Counted from the first letter of the stretch, positions 1-9,461 are shown. The stretch is 48,743 bases of DNA from Candidatus Saccharimonadales bacterium (GCA_035547775.1 DASZUC010000033.1:1-48743); one strand, 5' to 3'. A program made the numbers and translations. The notes: generated by a model not told the origin, from the sequence alone.

Positions 1-105
1 CAAAGGACCGCTGGCCGCATGAACAGTTGCCGCACCAAGTGTTAGCAAAGAGCTGAGGCTCAATACAGTAGCCGCAGCAAAGCGCCGAAATTGCCGGATT
101 TTCAT
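1..105 (-). CDS. 5' end of a secreted-protein gene (partial, runs off the window)
   Basis: Minus-strand ATG at 103-105 preceded by AAGGA. It translates to MKIRQFRRFAAATVLSLSSLLTLGAATVHA/ASGPL: a basic n-region, hydrophobic core and AxA-type cleavage site. Absent from the ORF track because it is truncated by the window edge. Confidence 0.55.
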   Translation of the reverse strand, partial: MKIRQFRRFAAATVLSLSSLLTLGAATVHAASGPL

Positions 106-183
106 TTTGTAAAGTTCCTTTTTATTTATTTCACACAGATACACACTCAGTTTTAACCATGCGCGTAAATTTGTCAACAATTT

Positions 184-576
184 TTAGCTTTTGGGCGGGG
201 TGATGTGTGGCAGAGAGCCGTACTCTGGTACCGCTTGGCGATCATTGCGACCATTTTTGAGTGCTTTACACCCCTGTTCTAGCCATGCTTCACCGCTCGT
301 AGCCACAATTGGGATGTCAAGGGCGTACGCCAGGGCGTTAGCCACTGTTAGGCCAATCCGCAAGCCAGTAAAGCTCCCTGGGCCCTGAAAAGCCACGATT
401 CCCTGCACATCTGCTAGTTCTTTGCCCTGTTCGGTTAGTATATCGTCAATTTTTTGTTGAATAGTCTCGGCTAATTCACGGTGGGCTAGCCAAGCTGTGT
501 AAGCCAATCTTTTGTTGTCTTCGTACACACCAAGTTCAGCTTCTGGTTTATCGCTACGAATCGTCAAAATAATCAT
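184..576 (-). CDS. tsaB: tRNA t6A biosynthesis protein TsaB (YeaZ), unusually short form
   Basis: 130-aa ORF with a GPGSFTGLRIG motif and a LAYALDIPIV segment typical of the TsaB N-terminal half. Overlaps tsaE by 4 nt. Confidence 0.75.
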   Translation of the reverse strand: MIILTIRSDKPEAELGVYEDNKRLAYTAWLAHRELAETIQQKIDDILTEQGKELADVQGIVAFQGPGSFTGLRIGLTVANALAYALDIPIVATSGEAWLEQGCKALKNGRNDRQAVPEYGSLPHITPPKS

Positions 577-1043
577 TTTTGGACCCCCTCAAACACATAC
601 TCGAGCTCTGATGGATAGGTAAAGCTAAGGTTGCGACTTTCCTCGCCCGTTACCTTAAGGTGAACGGTGATTCGTTGGGGCGGCAACACGTCAGCGACCA
701 CGTCAGCCCATTCCACAGCAACCACGGCCTTCGGATCAGTCAGTAGTTCAGCTAGTTCATCTCGTAAAATGCCTGGTTCATGGAGGCGATAAAAATCAAA
801 GTGATACAGGGTGTGATCGCCCGCTCGGTACTCGTTGCGCAACGTAAAGCTAGGACTGGTAACGGTGTCGTGACTGCCTAAGCCTTCGGTCAAACCGCGC
901 ACAAAGGCCGTTTTGCCGCCACCCAAATCGCTAATCAGTTCGATGGTTTCGCCACCTCGCAAATGTTGGCCGAGGCCAGCGGCGAGTGCTAAGGTAGCGT
1001 TTGCACTGCTGGATTCGATTTGCCAAGTCCGCTCGGTACTCAT
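573..1043 (-). CDS. tsaE: tRNA t6A biosynthesis ATPase TsaE (YjeE)
   Basis: P-loop SDLGGGKTAFVRGL, then SPSFTL and HFDFYRL motifs. I chose the ATG at 1043 (MSTERTW) because the distance to the P-loop then matches E. coli TsaE. The ORF-track start at 1082 is less likely. Confidence 0.8.
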   Translation of the reverse strand: MSTERTWQIESSSANATLALAAGLGQHLRGGETIELISDLGGGKTAFVRGLTEGLGSHDTVTSPSFTLRNEYRAGDHTLYHFDFYRLHEPGILRDELAELLTDPKAVVAVEWADVVADVLPPQRITVHLKVTGEESRNLSFTYPSELEYVFEGVQK

Positions 1044-2376
1044 ATGCACCGTATAGTAGCGCGAGCCCAGCAACCAGAGCAAGCGTGCCTACATGAATCG
1101 GTGACATGTCGGCTGCATCTGAGACCGTGCTCGCAGCTGATGGCGCGCCTGCAGCTGCACCCTTCGCAGCCGATTGCCGTTGGCTTGTAGCCGCACCTTG
1201 GACAACCGTCTTGCCATTAAGCTGTTGCACCACATTCGACTTATTCGGCGTTGGCTGATTAGTCCAAAACCATTGTCCATTGGCTCGTGCCCAAGCTTGG
1301 CCATCTTTGGCTGTACTATATGCAGCCGTTGTTGACAGTACTTTATTAAACGGGTCGAGCAAGCTCACTTGCCCGCCAGTGTTACTCAGTGCCAAGCGTG
1401 TGGTATTCGAATAAAAAGCTACGAAATGTTTGGCCGGCAAGTTTGTGCCAGCGGGAAATACATAATGATGATGTGTTGTGAGGCCCGCCTGTAAACTAAA
1501 TCCTGATAAATCAAAGGTTGTAGCATTAGGATTGTAGATTTCAACAAACTCGTTCGTAGCATCAGTACCCGTGCCGCTCGGATTAGGTAATAACTCAGTT
1601 ATCAGCGGCATCATCAAGCCTTTGTCGCCGACAGGGAAAACGGGCCCCGTCGGTGCAACCGTTGCTAGTGAGCCCACAACCGCCGAAGGCTCGGTAGCTG
1701 GTAACAAGTCGCTTGACTGAGTGATTAGGGTCGAAGTTGAGCCAGCAGTAACTAGTTGGCAAGGATTAGTTGAGCTAGGCTGGACTACTTGCCAATTACC
1801 CTCGCCTGGCTCCGTCAGCAATGGCATACCTTTACTGTCGAGCGGTTGGCGCAGCAATGACCCGGCTGAACTAGTCGGCAAGGTTTGTGCACCAGTTGTC
1901 ACTGTCTTTGACCAGCCCACATAATCTTCAAGTTGTGGCACTACCAAACCGCCGGGCGTCGTTTGCGTTAATGCCAAGACTTCAACTAAGCCAGCCGTAC
2001 TAGAAAAGCCAAGTGAAGCTGATTGCACAGTAACTTGATAGCACAGTCGCGTTGTGTCGTCGCTCACCATAAAGTAACTATGCGGCGGCAGTGTGCCTGT
2101 GAGGTCAATCAGCTTACTCGTGGTAGCTTTTGCCAAATCGTAATGGTTGAAATATTCGAGTTGATAGGCCGCTAAATTCAGTGGGCTATCAGTCGTATTA
2201 AAAAGCGTAAAGAACTGTCCGTTACTGCTAGTAATTTTAAATTGACTGATGATGAGGGAGGGGGAGGTTGTCATCGTCGTGTCGCCAGCCACCAGACCGC
2301 ACCACAGCAAGCTCAGAGTCGTACCGACCATTAGCACCGACCACAACTGCCGCATTACACGCATAGTGAGCCGCAT
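931..2376 (-). CDS. Surface/secreted protein with lamin-tail (LTD) domains and a C-terminal membrane anchor
   Basis: N-terminal signal/TM (LWSVLMVGTTLSLLWCGLVAG). Canonical LTD core ITELLPNPSGTGTDATNEFVEIYNPNATTFDLSGFSL...GGQVSLLDP, plus a degenerate N-terminal copy (LIISQFKITSSNGQFFTLFNTTDSPLNLAAYQL). C-terminal TM helix (VGTLALVAGLALLYGAY) followed by a basic tail. Confidence 0.7.
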   Translation of the reverse strand: MRLTMRVMRQLWSVLMVGTTLSLLWCGLVAGDTTMTTSPSLIISQFKITSSNGQFFTLFNTTDSPLNLAAYQLEYFNHYDLAKATTSKLIDLTGTLPPHSYFMVSDDTTRLCYQVTVQSASLGFSSTAGLVEVLALTQTTPGGLVVPQLEDYVGWSKTVTTGAQTLPTSSAGSLLRQPLDSKGMPLLTEPGEGNWQVVQPSSTNPCQLVTAGSTSTLITQSSDLLPATEPSAVVGSLATVAPTGPVFPVGDKGLMMPLITELLPNPSGTGTDATNEFVEIYNPNATTFDLSGFSLQAGLTTHHHYVFPAGTNLPAKHFVAFYSNTTRLALSNTGGQVSLLDPFNKVLSTTAAYSTAKDGQAWARANGQWFWTNQPTPNKSNVVQQLNGKTVVQGAATSQRQSAAKGAAAGAPSAASTVSDAADMSPIHVGTLALVAGLALLYGAYEYRADLANRIQQCKRYLSTRRWPRPTFARWRNHRTD

Positions 2377-2476
2377 TGTAAAGAGCTGGTTTTCGGCTCA
2401 CAAGCAGTAGCGTTTTAAATGTGCGCCAAAGATTAAATTTTTTAATAACTCTCGGGCTGAGCGTTATACTAGAGCT

Positions 2477-2992
2477 ATGTTGCAACTGCGTGAAAATTTA
2501 TTGAATAAAGCCATCCTCTCCCTACGCACCGGCATGCCAATTGCCAACATCACAGGGCCGATTATCAATCCAAACAACCTCAAGATTGAGGGCTTTTATT
2601 GCCAGGACCGTTTTAACAAGCAAGAGCTGGTCTTGCTCTACCAAGATATCCGCGACACGCTACCTCAGGGCTATGTCGTCAATGATCACGACGTTCTGGT
2701 TGAAGCTGATGAATTAGTACGCCTCAAAGATATTTTGCAACTCAATTTTGAGCTAATTGGCAAACAAGTCGAAACAACCAGTAAGGAAAGAGTTGGCAAA
2801 GTCACAGATTACGCTACCGAAATGGAAACGATGTTTGTACAAAAGATTTATGTTTCACAATCAGTTTTTAAAAGCCTTGCCGGCGGGTCGTTGAGTATTG
2901 ACCGTACCCAGGTGAACGAGATCACCCCCAAACGCATCATCATCAACGAATTGGTCAAAGGCGCTCCTGCCAGCGCTCCAGCCGCTGCTTAG
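2477..2992 (+). CDS. Hypothetical protein, possibly a tandem PRC-barrel-like protein
   Basis: 171-aa ORF with two similar halves (ILSLRTGMPIANITGPIINPNNLKIEGFY and IGKQVETTSKERVGKVTDYATEMETMFVQKIYV) that resemble PRC-barrel strands. Weak motif-level call. Confidence 0.45.
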   Translation: MLQLRENLLNKAILSLRTGMPIANITGPIINPNNLKIEGFYCQDRFNKQELVLLYQDIRDTLPQGYVVNDHDVLVEADELVRLKDILQLNFELIGKQVETTSKERVGKVTDYATEMETMFVQKIYVSQSVFKSLAGGSLSIDRTQVNEITPKRIIINELVKGAPASAPAAA

Positions 2993-3600
2993 TTATCTTC
3001 GCGGGAATGTTCGAGGGCGGCTTTGATATCACCGTAGTTAAAGCCCTGCCGGGCCAAGTACTGCATGAGCTTGAGATCGTCTTGGTACTTACTCTGGCGA
3101 CGCTTGCGTTCAATCACCGCTGCCAGGGCAGTGCGCTCGTCATCACTATCATTACCCACCGCTTCACGAATAATATCCTCTGCCACGTGTTTTTTGCGTA
3201 GCTCGAGAATTATTTTGCGACGTGGGGCAGGGCGGAGCAGCCGTCGATCGTTCACAAAGGCTTTGGCCAGCTTTTCGTCATCAATGAGTCCAATAATACT
3301 TAACTTGTTAAGTATTATTTCTATCAGAGCAGGGGAGGCCTCCTTACGCTTTAAATACTGCTCAATTTCCCAGCCGGTACGTGGTCGCATTGCAATCCAG
3401 CGCAATGCCATACCATATACTTTGTCATCGGCAGATAACTTCTTAAACTCAGCTACCTGTTCTTTGGTAAGCTCTTGGCCACTCGCCAAACCAGCCTCCA
3501 ACAAGGCACTCTCGCTGAGTGAAAAACTATATTTTTCATCAACAAAAATTGAATAGCGACTGGCTCGCTTCACCTGCTGGGTGATTTTAGTGATTTTCAT
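2989..3600 (-). CDS. recX: RecA regulator RecX
   Basis: 203 aa. Starts with RYSIFVDEKYSFSLSE, then repeated three-helix units (ALRWIAMRPRTGWEIEQYLKRK, LNKLSIIGLIDDEKLAKAFVNDR, KIILELRKKHVAEDII) typical of RecX. Same strand as recA. Confidence 0.85.
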   Translation of the reverse strand: MKITKITQQVKRASRYSIFVDEKYSFSLSESALLEAGLASGQELTKEQVAEFKKLSADDKVYGMALRWIAMRPRTGWEIEQYLKRKEASPALIEIILNKLSIIGLIDDEKLAKAFVNDRRLLRPAPRRKIILELRKKHVAEDIIREAVGNDSDDERTALAAVIERKRRQSKYQDDLKLMQYLARQGFNYGDIKAALEHSREDN

Positions 3601-4160
3601 AGCTCCGCGAGGCGCTTGATCTCTGTAAATAAATTCAGGAAGTATGGCTCACCCTGTGGAACAATCTGATCGTCATCAGCCCCACTGATTAATCGCTGTA
3701 CATCAGCCAGATCCACCCACTTGGTGGTTTCGACTTCTTCGTGGTCGCTTTGCACTTGCAAATCGCCATTTACTTGGTAGCCATATACCCAGTTAAATTC
3801 GTTTTCGATAGCACCGGCGGCTGGATCAACTGCAAATTGTCGGAAAACAAAAAGCAGTTTGAGATCTTCCGGCTGCAGCGTCAGGCCGATTTCCTCGTGA
3901 GCTTCACGCAACATGGCTGGCAGCGGCTCTTCGCCCACATCTATGTGACCAGCGGTCGAAATATCCCAATAGCCTGGCCAGGTACGTTTATCGCTGGCTC
4001 GCTTTTGTAGTAAAAATTGCAGCCCGTGTGATGTTTTGCGCCAAATCCACAGATGGGAGGCGCCATGAAGTTCGCCCAAATTGGCTTCCTCGCGAGTGAT
4101 ACCACGAGTTGGTCGCCCTTGCTCATCGTAAGCTTGCCACAACTCGTCACTACTCACCAT
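3597..4160 (-). CDS. NUDIX hydrolase
   Basis: Complete Nudix box GHIDVGEEPLPAMLREAHEEIGL (GX5EX7REUXEEXGU). 4-nt overlap with recX. Confidence 0.85.
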   Translation of the reverse strand: MVSSDELWQAYDEQGRPTRGITREEANLGELHGASHLWIWRKTSHGLQFLLQKRASDKRTWPGYWDISTAGHIDVGEEPLPAMLREAHEEIGLTLQPEDLKLLFVFRQFAVDPAAGAIENEFNWVYGYQVNGDLQVQSDHEEVETTKWVDLADVQRLISGADDDQIVPQGEPYFLNLFTEIKRLAEL

Positions 4161-4525
4161 TACTCCTCGGCTGTTTGCGGTACATCAGGTAGATTGAGCT
4201 CATCTTCTTCTCTACGCCAACTTCTGACAGCCAAACCAGCTAACTCTAGCGTTGCCCAGCCGGTCAGAGCGGCGCCGGCTTCCATGGGTAATAAAGCTGC
4301 TTGATCGAGCACTTCGTAGCCTGGCCCATCGCTTGCAGCTTCGACCTGAGCTTGTACGACGTCTTTTACGATGACGCTCGTCATAGCTCCAGCGGTGCAG
4401 GCCCAGACAGCGAATATCGCTGCTGAATATCGAGCACCACGTCGGCCGGGTGTACCGTTTTCAACTGTTTCCTGAAGCGATTCACCCCAGAACTTTTTGC
4501 TGAGATAGTTAACCGGCCCGCGCAT
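4160..4525 (-). CDS. Hypothetical protein with one hydrophobic segment
   Basis: 121-aa ORF that exactly fills the gap between recA and the NUDIX gene (1-nt gap and 1-nt overlap). Hydrophobic stretch AAIFAVWACTAGAMTSVIV. No recognisable motif. Confidence 0.55.
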   Translation of the reverse strand: MRGPVNYLSKKFWGESLQETVENGTPGRRGARYSAAIFAVWACTAGAMTSVIVKDVVQAQVEAASDGPGYEVLDQAALLPMEAGAALTGWATLELAGLAVRSWRREEDELNLPDVPQTAEE

Positions 4526-4526
4526 G

Positions 4527-5561
4527 CTACTCCTTAGCTTCGAGTTCGCGAATCTTAACGATTAAATCAGCCAGGATTTTTGGATTGTCCTGCAGGTACT
4601 GCTTGGCGGCCTCACGGCCTTGACCAATCTTCTCATCGTTTAGGGCATACCAGGCGCCAGACTTTTCAACAAAGCCACGAGTGGCTGCCAGATCGAGCAC
4701 ATCACCGGCAGTGTTGATGCCTTCGTTGTACATAATGTCGAATTCAGCCTCACGGAATGGCGGCGCAATCTTGTTCTTGACGACTTTGACACGAGTGCGG
4801 TTACCAACTACCTCTTCACCTGCTTTGATCTGGCCAATACGGCGAATATCCATGCGGACTGAAGCGTAGAACTTCAGCGCGTTACCGCCAGTGGTAGTTT
4901 CCGGGTTGCCAAACATCACGCCAATTTTCATACGAATTTGGTTGATGAAAATCACCGTGGCTTTAGAGCGATTGATGATACCAGTTAGCTTACGCAAAGC
5001 CTGACTCATTAAACGAGCTTGCAGACCGGGCAAAGAATCACCCATTTCGCCTTCAATTTCCGCCCGTGGCACTAGTGCGGCCACCGAGTCCACCACAATC
5101 AAATCAACAGCGTTGGAGCGCACCAAAGTCTCGACAATTTCTAGGGCCTGTTCACCATTATCTGGCTGGCTCAAGAGCAAGTTATCAACATCAACACCGA
5201 TGCGTTTGGCGTAAGCCGGATCGAGAGCGTGCTCGGCATCGATGAAGGCTGCCGTACCGCCAGCGCGCTGCACTTCAGCAATGGCATGCAACGTCAAAGT
5301 AGTCTTACCAGAGCTTTCAGGGCCATAAATTTCAACAACACGACCTTTTGGGATACCACCGCCGAGGGCTAAGTCGAGCGATAAAGCGCCAGTCGGCGTG
5401 GTTTCAACCTGAGTGGTAGCATGCGCTTCCCCTAATTTCATAATGGCGCCCTTGCCAAACTGCTTTTCAATCGTCTCCATGGCCAGGCCCAAGGCTTTGC
5501 TCTTGCCTTCATTGTCGCTCTGTTTGGCGGTCATTGTTTTCGCTGGTTTTTTGTCTGCCAT
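4527..5561 (-). CDS. recA: Recombinase RecA
   Basis: Walker [11 protein letters not shown], then [10 protein letters not shown] and IVVDSVAAL motifs and strong overall RecA similarity. I chose the ATG at 5561 because GAGGAGG lies 7 nt upstream. The ORF-track start at 5591 is a TTG. Confidence 0.97.
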   Translation of the reverse strand: MADKKPAKTMTAKQSDNEGKSKALGLAMETIEKQFGKGAIMKLGEAHATTQVETTPTGALSLDLALGGGIPKGRVVEIYGPESSGKTTLTLHAIAEVQRAGGTAAFIDAEHALDPAYAKRIGVDVDNLLLSQPDNGEQALEIVETLVRSNAVDLIVVDSVAALVPRAEIEGEMGDSLPGLQARLMSQALRKLTGIINRSKATVIFINQIRMKIGVMFGNPETTTGGNALKFYASVRMDIRRIGQIKAGEEVVGNRTRVKVVKNKIAPPFREAEFDIMYNEGINTAGDVLDLAATRGFVEKSGAWYALNDEKIGQGREAAKQYLQDNPKILADLIVKIRELEAKE

Positions 5562-5771
5562 GGTACGCCTCCTCGGATATAAGTCTTGCAATTACGTAAT
5601 AATTCTAGCACTATACCCCGCCGCTGGATGTAGTAAAATTGCTTGCGTTTAGTTAGCAGGCTAATTTAATAAAAGCTTAATGAAATGGCCGAGCCGACCA
5701 TCGGTAAAACGGTTGTGGTTGGCCGACAGTTCTTGTATGATAGCCATAAGATGGGTGGGCACTAAAACAAA

Positions 5772-7571
5772 ATGCATATTCCTGACGCTTTAGTTGAAAA
5801 GCTCTTACTGGCGGGCAAAAAGGTTGATAAAGATCAACTGGCTAGTTTGCGAGAGCAAGCGGCCAGCGACAAAAAGCCGCTGCGTGATCTGGTAATCAAA
5901 AATAATGTGCTAACCGAAAAAGAGCTGACTAAGCTCTACGCAGACGAGATTGAAGTGCCGTTTGTGGAGCTCAATCCGCGCGAAATTAAACCTGAATTAT
6001 TAAAGTTACTGCCCGAACGAATTGCCCGCCAATATGGTGCCGTGGTGTTCGATATTGATGCTGACAACATCAAACAAGTTGCGATGGAAGACCCCGACGA
6101 CATTCAGGCGCTTAACTTTCTCCAAAAACAGCTCGGCAACGAGCTAAAAGTATTCATTACCACCAATGCCTTACTGCAAGCTGCACTTGATCAATACCGT
6201 GGCAATATTTCTAGTGAGCTAACTAAAGTTATCGCCGCCGAAGATGATGGCGATGCCGAAGAAGAAGTTGATGAAAGTGACTTAGCCGAAGATTCCCCCG
6301 TGGCCCAAACCGTCAACATCATTATCGAATATGGTGTGAAGGCTGGTGCGAGCGATATTCACATCGAACCCCGCGAAGATTTTGTGGTGGTGCGCTACCG
6401 CATTGACGGCCTGCTCCGCGAAGCCAACAAGTTACCGCGCAAATTACTTGGTGCTTTAGTGTCGCGCATCAAGATTTTGAGCAATTTGAAAATTGACGAG
6501 CATCGCGCACCACAAGATGGTCGCTTCAAAGTGGAAGTTAGCGGACAGATTTACGCCTTGCGCGTCTCTACCCTGCCTATTTTGGACGGTGAAAAAGTGG
6601 TAATGCGTATTTTGAATGAATCAAGCAAAGCTTCTGATTTTAGCGAGCTGGGCTTTTGGGGCGAAGCGCTCATTGACCTCCAGCAAGCGATTGTGCAACC
6701 TCACGGTTTAGTGTTGGTTACCGGACCAACGGGCTCGGGCAAATCAACCACGCTCTTTAGTGTTCTGAGTAGCCTTAATACGCCCAATGTGAACATTTCG
6801 ACTATTGAAGATCCTATTGAATATCACGTTGTTGGCGCGAATCAAACCCAGGTTAATCCGGTAGCCGGCATGACGTTCGCTAGTGGTTTACGCTCTCTGC
6901 TGCGCCAAGACCCCAACATTATCATGGTAGGTGAGGTGCGTGATGGCGAAACGGCCGATTTGGCCGTACAAGCCAGCCTGACCGGGCACTTGGTATTTAG
7001 TACCCTTCACACTAATAATGCTGCCACCTGTCTACCTCGCTTACTAGACATGGGGGTGGAACCGTTTTTGATTGCCAGCACCGTGCGCTTGGTAATCGCT
7101 CAGCGCCTGGTTCGTCGCTTATGTATGCATTGTCGTGAAAGCTACAAGCCAGATGCGACTGTACTCAAACATCTGCAAAAAGTTTTTAAACTAGCCGAAA
7201 ATGGTGGTATTAAAACCTTACACGCTTTTGAAGTTGTGGCCCAAAAGGATGGTATTGGCAAAGAAGGTGAAACCGGCGACACTGGCCTCAGCACCACCGC
7301 TAGCAGTGTCACACGCCTATGGAAAGCACATCAAGACGGTTGCGACAATTGTAACCACAGCGGTTACAAAGGCCGGATTGGTATTTACGAAGTCCTCGTA
7401 CCGAGTAGTACGATTCAAAAAATGATTGTTGGCAGTCACACCTCGGAGCAAATTGAAACCACAGCTATTAGTGAGGGCATGTTGACCATGCAGCTTGACG
7501 GTCTCGTGAAAGCTTTGCGCGGCGAAACCACTCTTGAGGAAGTTTTGCGAGTCACCGCGCAGGAGGCCTAA
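5772..7571 (+). CDS. pilB: Type IV pilus assembly ATPase PilB (GspE family)
   Basis: N-terminal T2SSE_N-like domain, Walker A GPTGSGKSTT, Asp box, Walker B IIMVGEVRD, His box TGHLVFSTLHTN, and a tetracysteine motif (CMHC...CDNC). Confidence 0.95.
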   Translation: MHIPDALVEKLLLAGKKVDKDQLASLREQAASDKKPLRDLVIKNNVLTEKELTKLYADEIEVPFVELNPREIKPELLKLLPERIARQYGAVVFDIDADNIKQVAMEDPDDIQALNFLQKQLGNELKVFITTNALLQAALDQYRGNISSELTKVIAAEDDGDAEEEVDESDLAEDSPVAQTVNIIIEYGVKAGASDIHIEPREDFVVVRYRIDGLLREANKLPRKLLGALVSRIKILSNLKIDEHRAPQDGRFKVEVSGQIYALRVSTLPILDGEKVVMRILNESSKASDFSELGFWGEALIDLQQAIVQPHGLVLVTGPTGSGKSTTLFSVLSSLNTPNVNISTIEDPIEYHVVGANQTQVNPVAGMTFASGLRSLLRQDPNIIMVGEVRDGETADLAVQASLTGHLVFSTLHTNNAATCLPRLLDMGVEPFLIASTVRLVIAQRLVRRLCMHCRESYKPDATVLKHLQKVFKLAENGGIKTLHAFEVVAQKDGIGKEGETGDTGLSTTASSVTRLWKAHQDGCDNCNHSGYKGRIGIYEVLVPSSTIQKMIVGSHTSEQIETTAISEGMLTMQLDGLVKALRGETTLEEVLRVTAQEA

Positions 7572-8812
7572 TGCTTTTTAACTACACAGCCACGACTAAA
7601 GACGGCAAGACGATTAGCGGTAGCGTTGAAGCTGCCAATAAATCGGCTTTATTAACGCTACTCCATAAGCAAGGTGTGCGGCCAGTATTGATTGAGGCCG
7701 CCAAAAAAGGCCAAGGGGGCAACCTATTTGGCTCGGCTAAAAAGGTCAAGCTACAAGAATTAGTAATTTTTACGCGCCAATTGTCGACCATGATTTCGGC
7801 AGGCGTGCCTCTGGCAAAATCGCTAAGCGCTTTACAGAACGATTCAGAAAATCCTTACTTCCGTGAGGTGTTGGCAACGATTAGCAAAGATGTAGAGAGT
7901 GGCAAGCCACTGTCGCAAGCCTTCGGACGCTATCCAAAAGTTTTTTCCGAGGTCTATACCAACATGGTTCAAGCCGGTGAAGAAGGCGGTATTTTAGATG
8001 ATATTTTGAAGCGTCTGGCGCTACAAGTGGAGCAAGACGCTAGCATTCGCAAGCGTATTAAAAGCGCTATGATGTATCCAATCGTGATCTTGAGCGTCAC
8101 GATTGTGGCCTTTTTTGGCGTGATGCTCTTTATCGTGCCGAAAATTGCTGGCTTGATTAAATCACTGGACGGACCCAATGCCCAATTACCGGTTTACACC
8201 CAAGTCTTATTGAATTTGAGTGGTTTCTGCGTTCACAGCACCATCATTAAGCCTATCCCGAACTTGGTGCTAATTCTGGCTGTGTTAGTGGGTGCGGTTA
8301 TATATGGTCTGCGCTACATTCGTACGCCAGAAGGCAAATTCCATTTTCACGCCTTGTTACTGCGCATACCAGTGGTCAAAACGGTAGTTTTAAAGATTGC
8401 GATTGCCCGCTTCTCCCGCACTTTCGCCTCGTTGATGGGCGCTGGCGTGAATGTGCTTGATGCACTGTCGGTCACGGGTGCGGCCTTAGGGAATAAAGTG
8501 ATCGAGGCGGAGTTGAAAGCTGCCGCCACTGAGGTCAAAAACGGCAAACAGCTCAGCGAGCCCCTAGGTCGCAGTAAATATTTCCCACCGATTGTTTCGC
8601 AGATGTTGCTGGTGGGCGAGGAAACAGGTCAAATTGATACCGTGCTGGTAAAAATTGCTGACTTTTACGAAGAAGAGGTGGGAGTGTTGATTGACGGCTT
8701 GGCCGCGATTATTGAACCTATCATGATTATCTTTTTGGGTGCCGGTGTAGGGTTAATTGCCGCTTCGGTGATGGGCCCCATCGCCAACATCTCTAAAAAC
8801 CTCGGTAATTAG
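7571..8812 (+). CDS. pilC: Type IV pilus platform protein PilC (GspF family)
   Basis: 413 aa with two GspF repeats (FTRQLSTMISAGVPL and FSRTFASLMGAGVNVLDAL) and three TM segments. The start overlaps the pilB stop (TAATG). Confidence 0.93.
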   Translation: MLFNYTATTKDGKTISGSVEAANKSALLTLLHKQGVRPVLIEAAKKGQGGNLFGSAKKVKLQELVIFTRQLSTMISAGVPLAKSLSALQNDSENPYFREVLATISKDVESGKPLSQAFGRYPKVFSEVYTNMVQAGEEGGILDDILKRLALQVEQDASIRKRIKSAMMYPIVILSVTIVAFFGVMLFIVPKIAGLIKSLDGPNAQLPVYTQVLLNLSGFCVHSTIIKPIPNLVLILAVLVGAVIYGLRYIRTPEGKFHFHALLLRIPVVKTVVLKIAIARFSRTFASLMGAGVNVLDALSVTGAALGNKVIEAELKAAATEVKNGKQLSEPLGRSKYFPPIVSQMLLVGEETGQIDTVLVKIADFYEEEVGVLIDGLAAIIEPIMIIFLGAGVGLIAASVMGPIANISKNLGN

Positions 8813-8847
8813 CTTAGTCAATGTAACTTCTCTTTTCCACAGAGGGG

Positions 8848-8875
8848 TTGATTGTTGGACGCTTATGGTTATAAT
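8848..8875 (+). promoter_or_regulatory. Sigma70-like promoter of the major pilin gene
   Basis: TTGATT (8848-8853), 16-nt spacer, perfect TATAAT (8870-8875). A 5'-UTR hairpin follows (tgacgc/gcgtca, 8889-8908), and AAGGAGGG lies 9 nt before the ATG. Confidence 0.55.
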
Positions 8876-8949
8876 CATAGCCAGATAGTGACGCAACTCA
8901 GAGCGTCAAGATCAATCACAACGTTAAAAATTAAGGAGGGTGGGCTCTC

Positions 8950-9438
8950 ATGATCTCACTAAAAAAACGTAATCAAGGTTTCACGATTGTCGAACTTCTG
9001 ATCGTCATCGTGGTTATTGGTATTTTGGCTCTGTTGGTCATTACCACATATAGCGGTATCCAATCGAAAGCTCGTAACTCAAAGCGCTCAACTGACATTG
9101 GGGACATTCAAACCCAGTTGGAAGCTTTTTATGGTGAGAACAGCTACTACCCAAGTTTGGCTGACCTGAACAGCCCCAGCTGGCGTTCAGACAACATGAA
9201 GAGTTTGGACAGCGCTGCTTTAGTTGACCCTTCAAACACCACTTGTGACCCAACTGACGCTGCCAAGCCGTGCTTGGTTGACGCTGCAGCTGCTAAATCA
9301 TACGCCTACGTCGTTAAAGACAGCAGTGGTAACTCTTGTGAAAGTAAGGACACTGACTGCGCTAACTACACCTTAACTGCTACCTTCGAGGGTACGGTTA
9401 ACGGCAAGAGCACGGCCAGCAAGAGCAACCTCGACTAG
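8950..9438 (+). CDS. pilA: Major type IV pilin (prepilin with class III signal peptide)
   Basis: KKRNQG/FTIVELLIVIVVIGILA: G at -1, F at +1, E at +5, and a hydrophobic alpha1-N helix. C-terminal region has several Cys residues. It has its own strong promoter, SD and terminator. Confidence 0.88.
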   Translation: MISLKKRNQGFTIVELLIVIVVIGILALLVITTYSGIQSKARNSKRSTDIGDIQTQLEAFYGENSYYPSLADLNSPSWRSDNMKSLDSAALVDPSNTTCDPTDAAKPCLVDAAAAKSYAYVVKDSSGNSCESKDTDCANYTLTATFEGTVNGKSTASKSNLD

Positions 9439-9461
9439 TTCTCGGTTCTTTCAAGCAAAAA

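Noticed and set aside
3007-3556. 163-aa and 64-aa plus-strand ORFs antisense to recX
   Set aside because: They lie entirely inside the well-supported recX gene. The translation is Ser/Arg/Leu-rich, as is typical of antisense frames.
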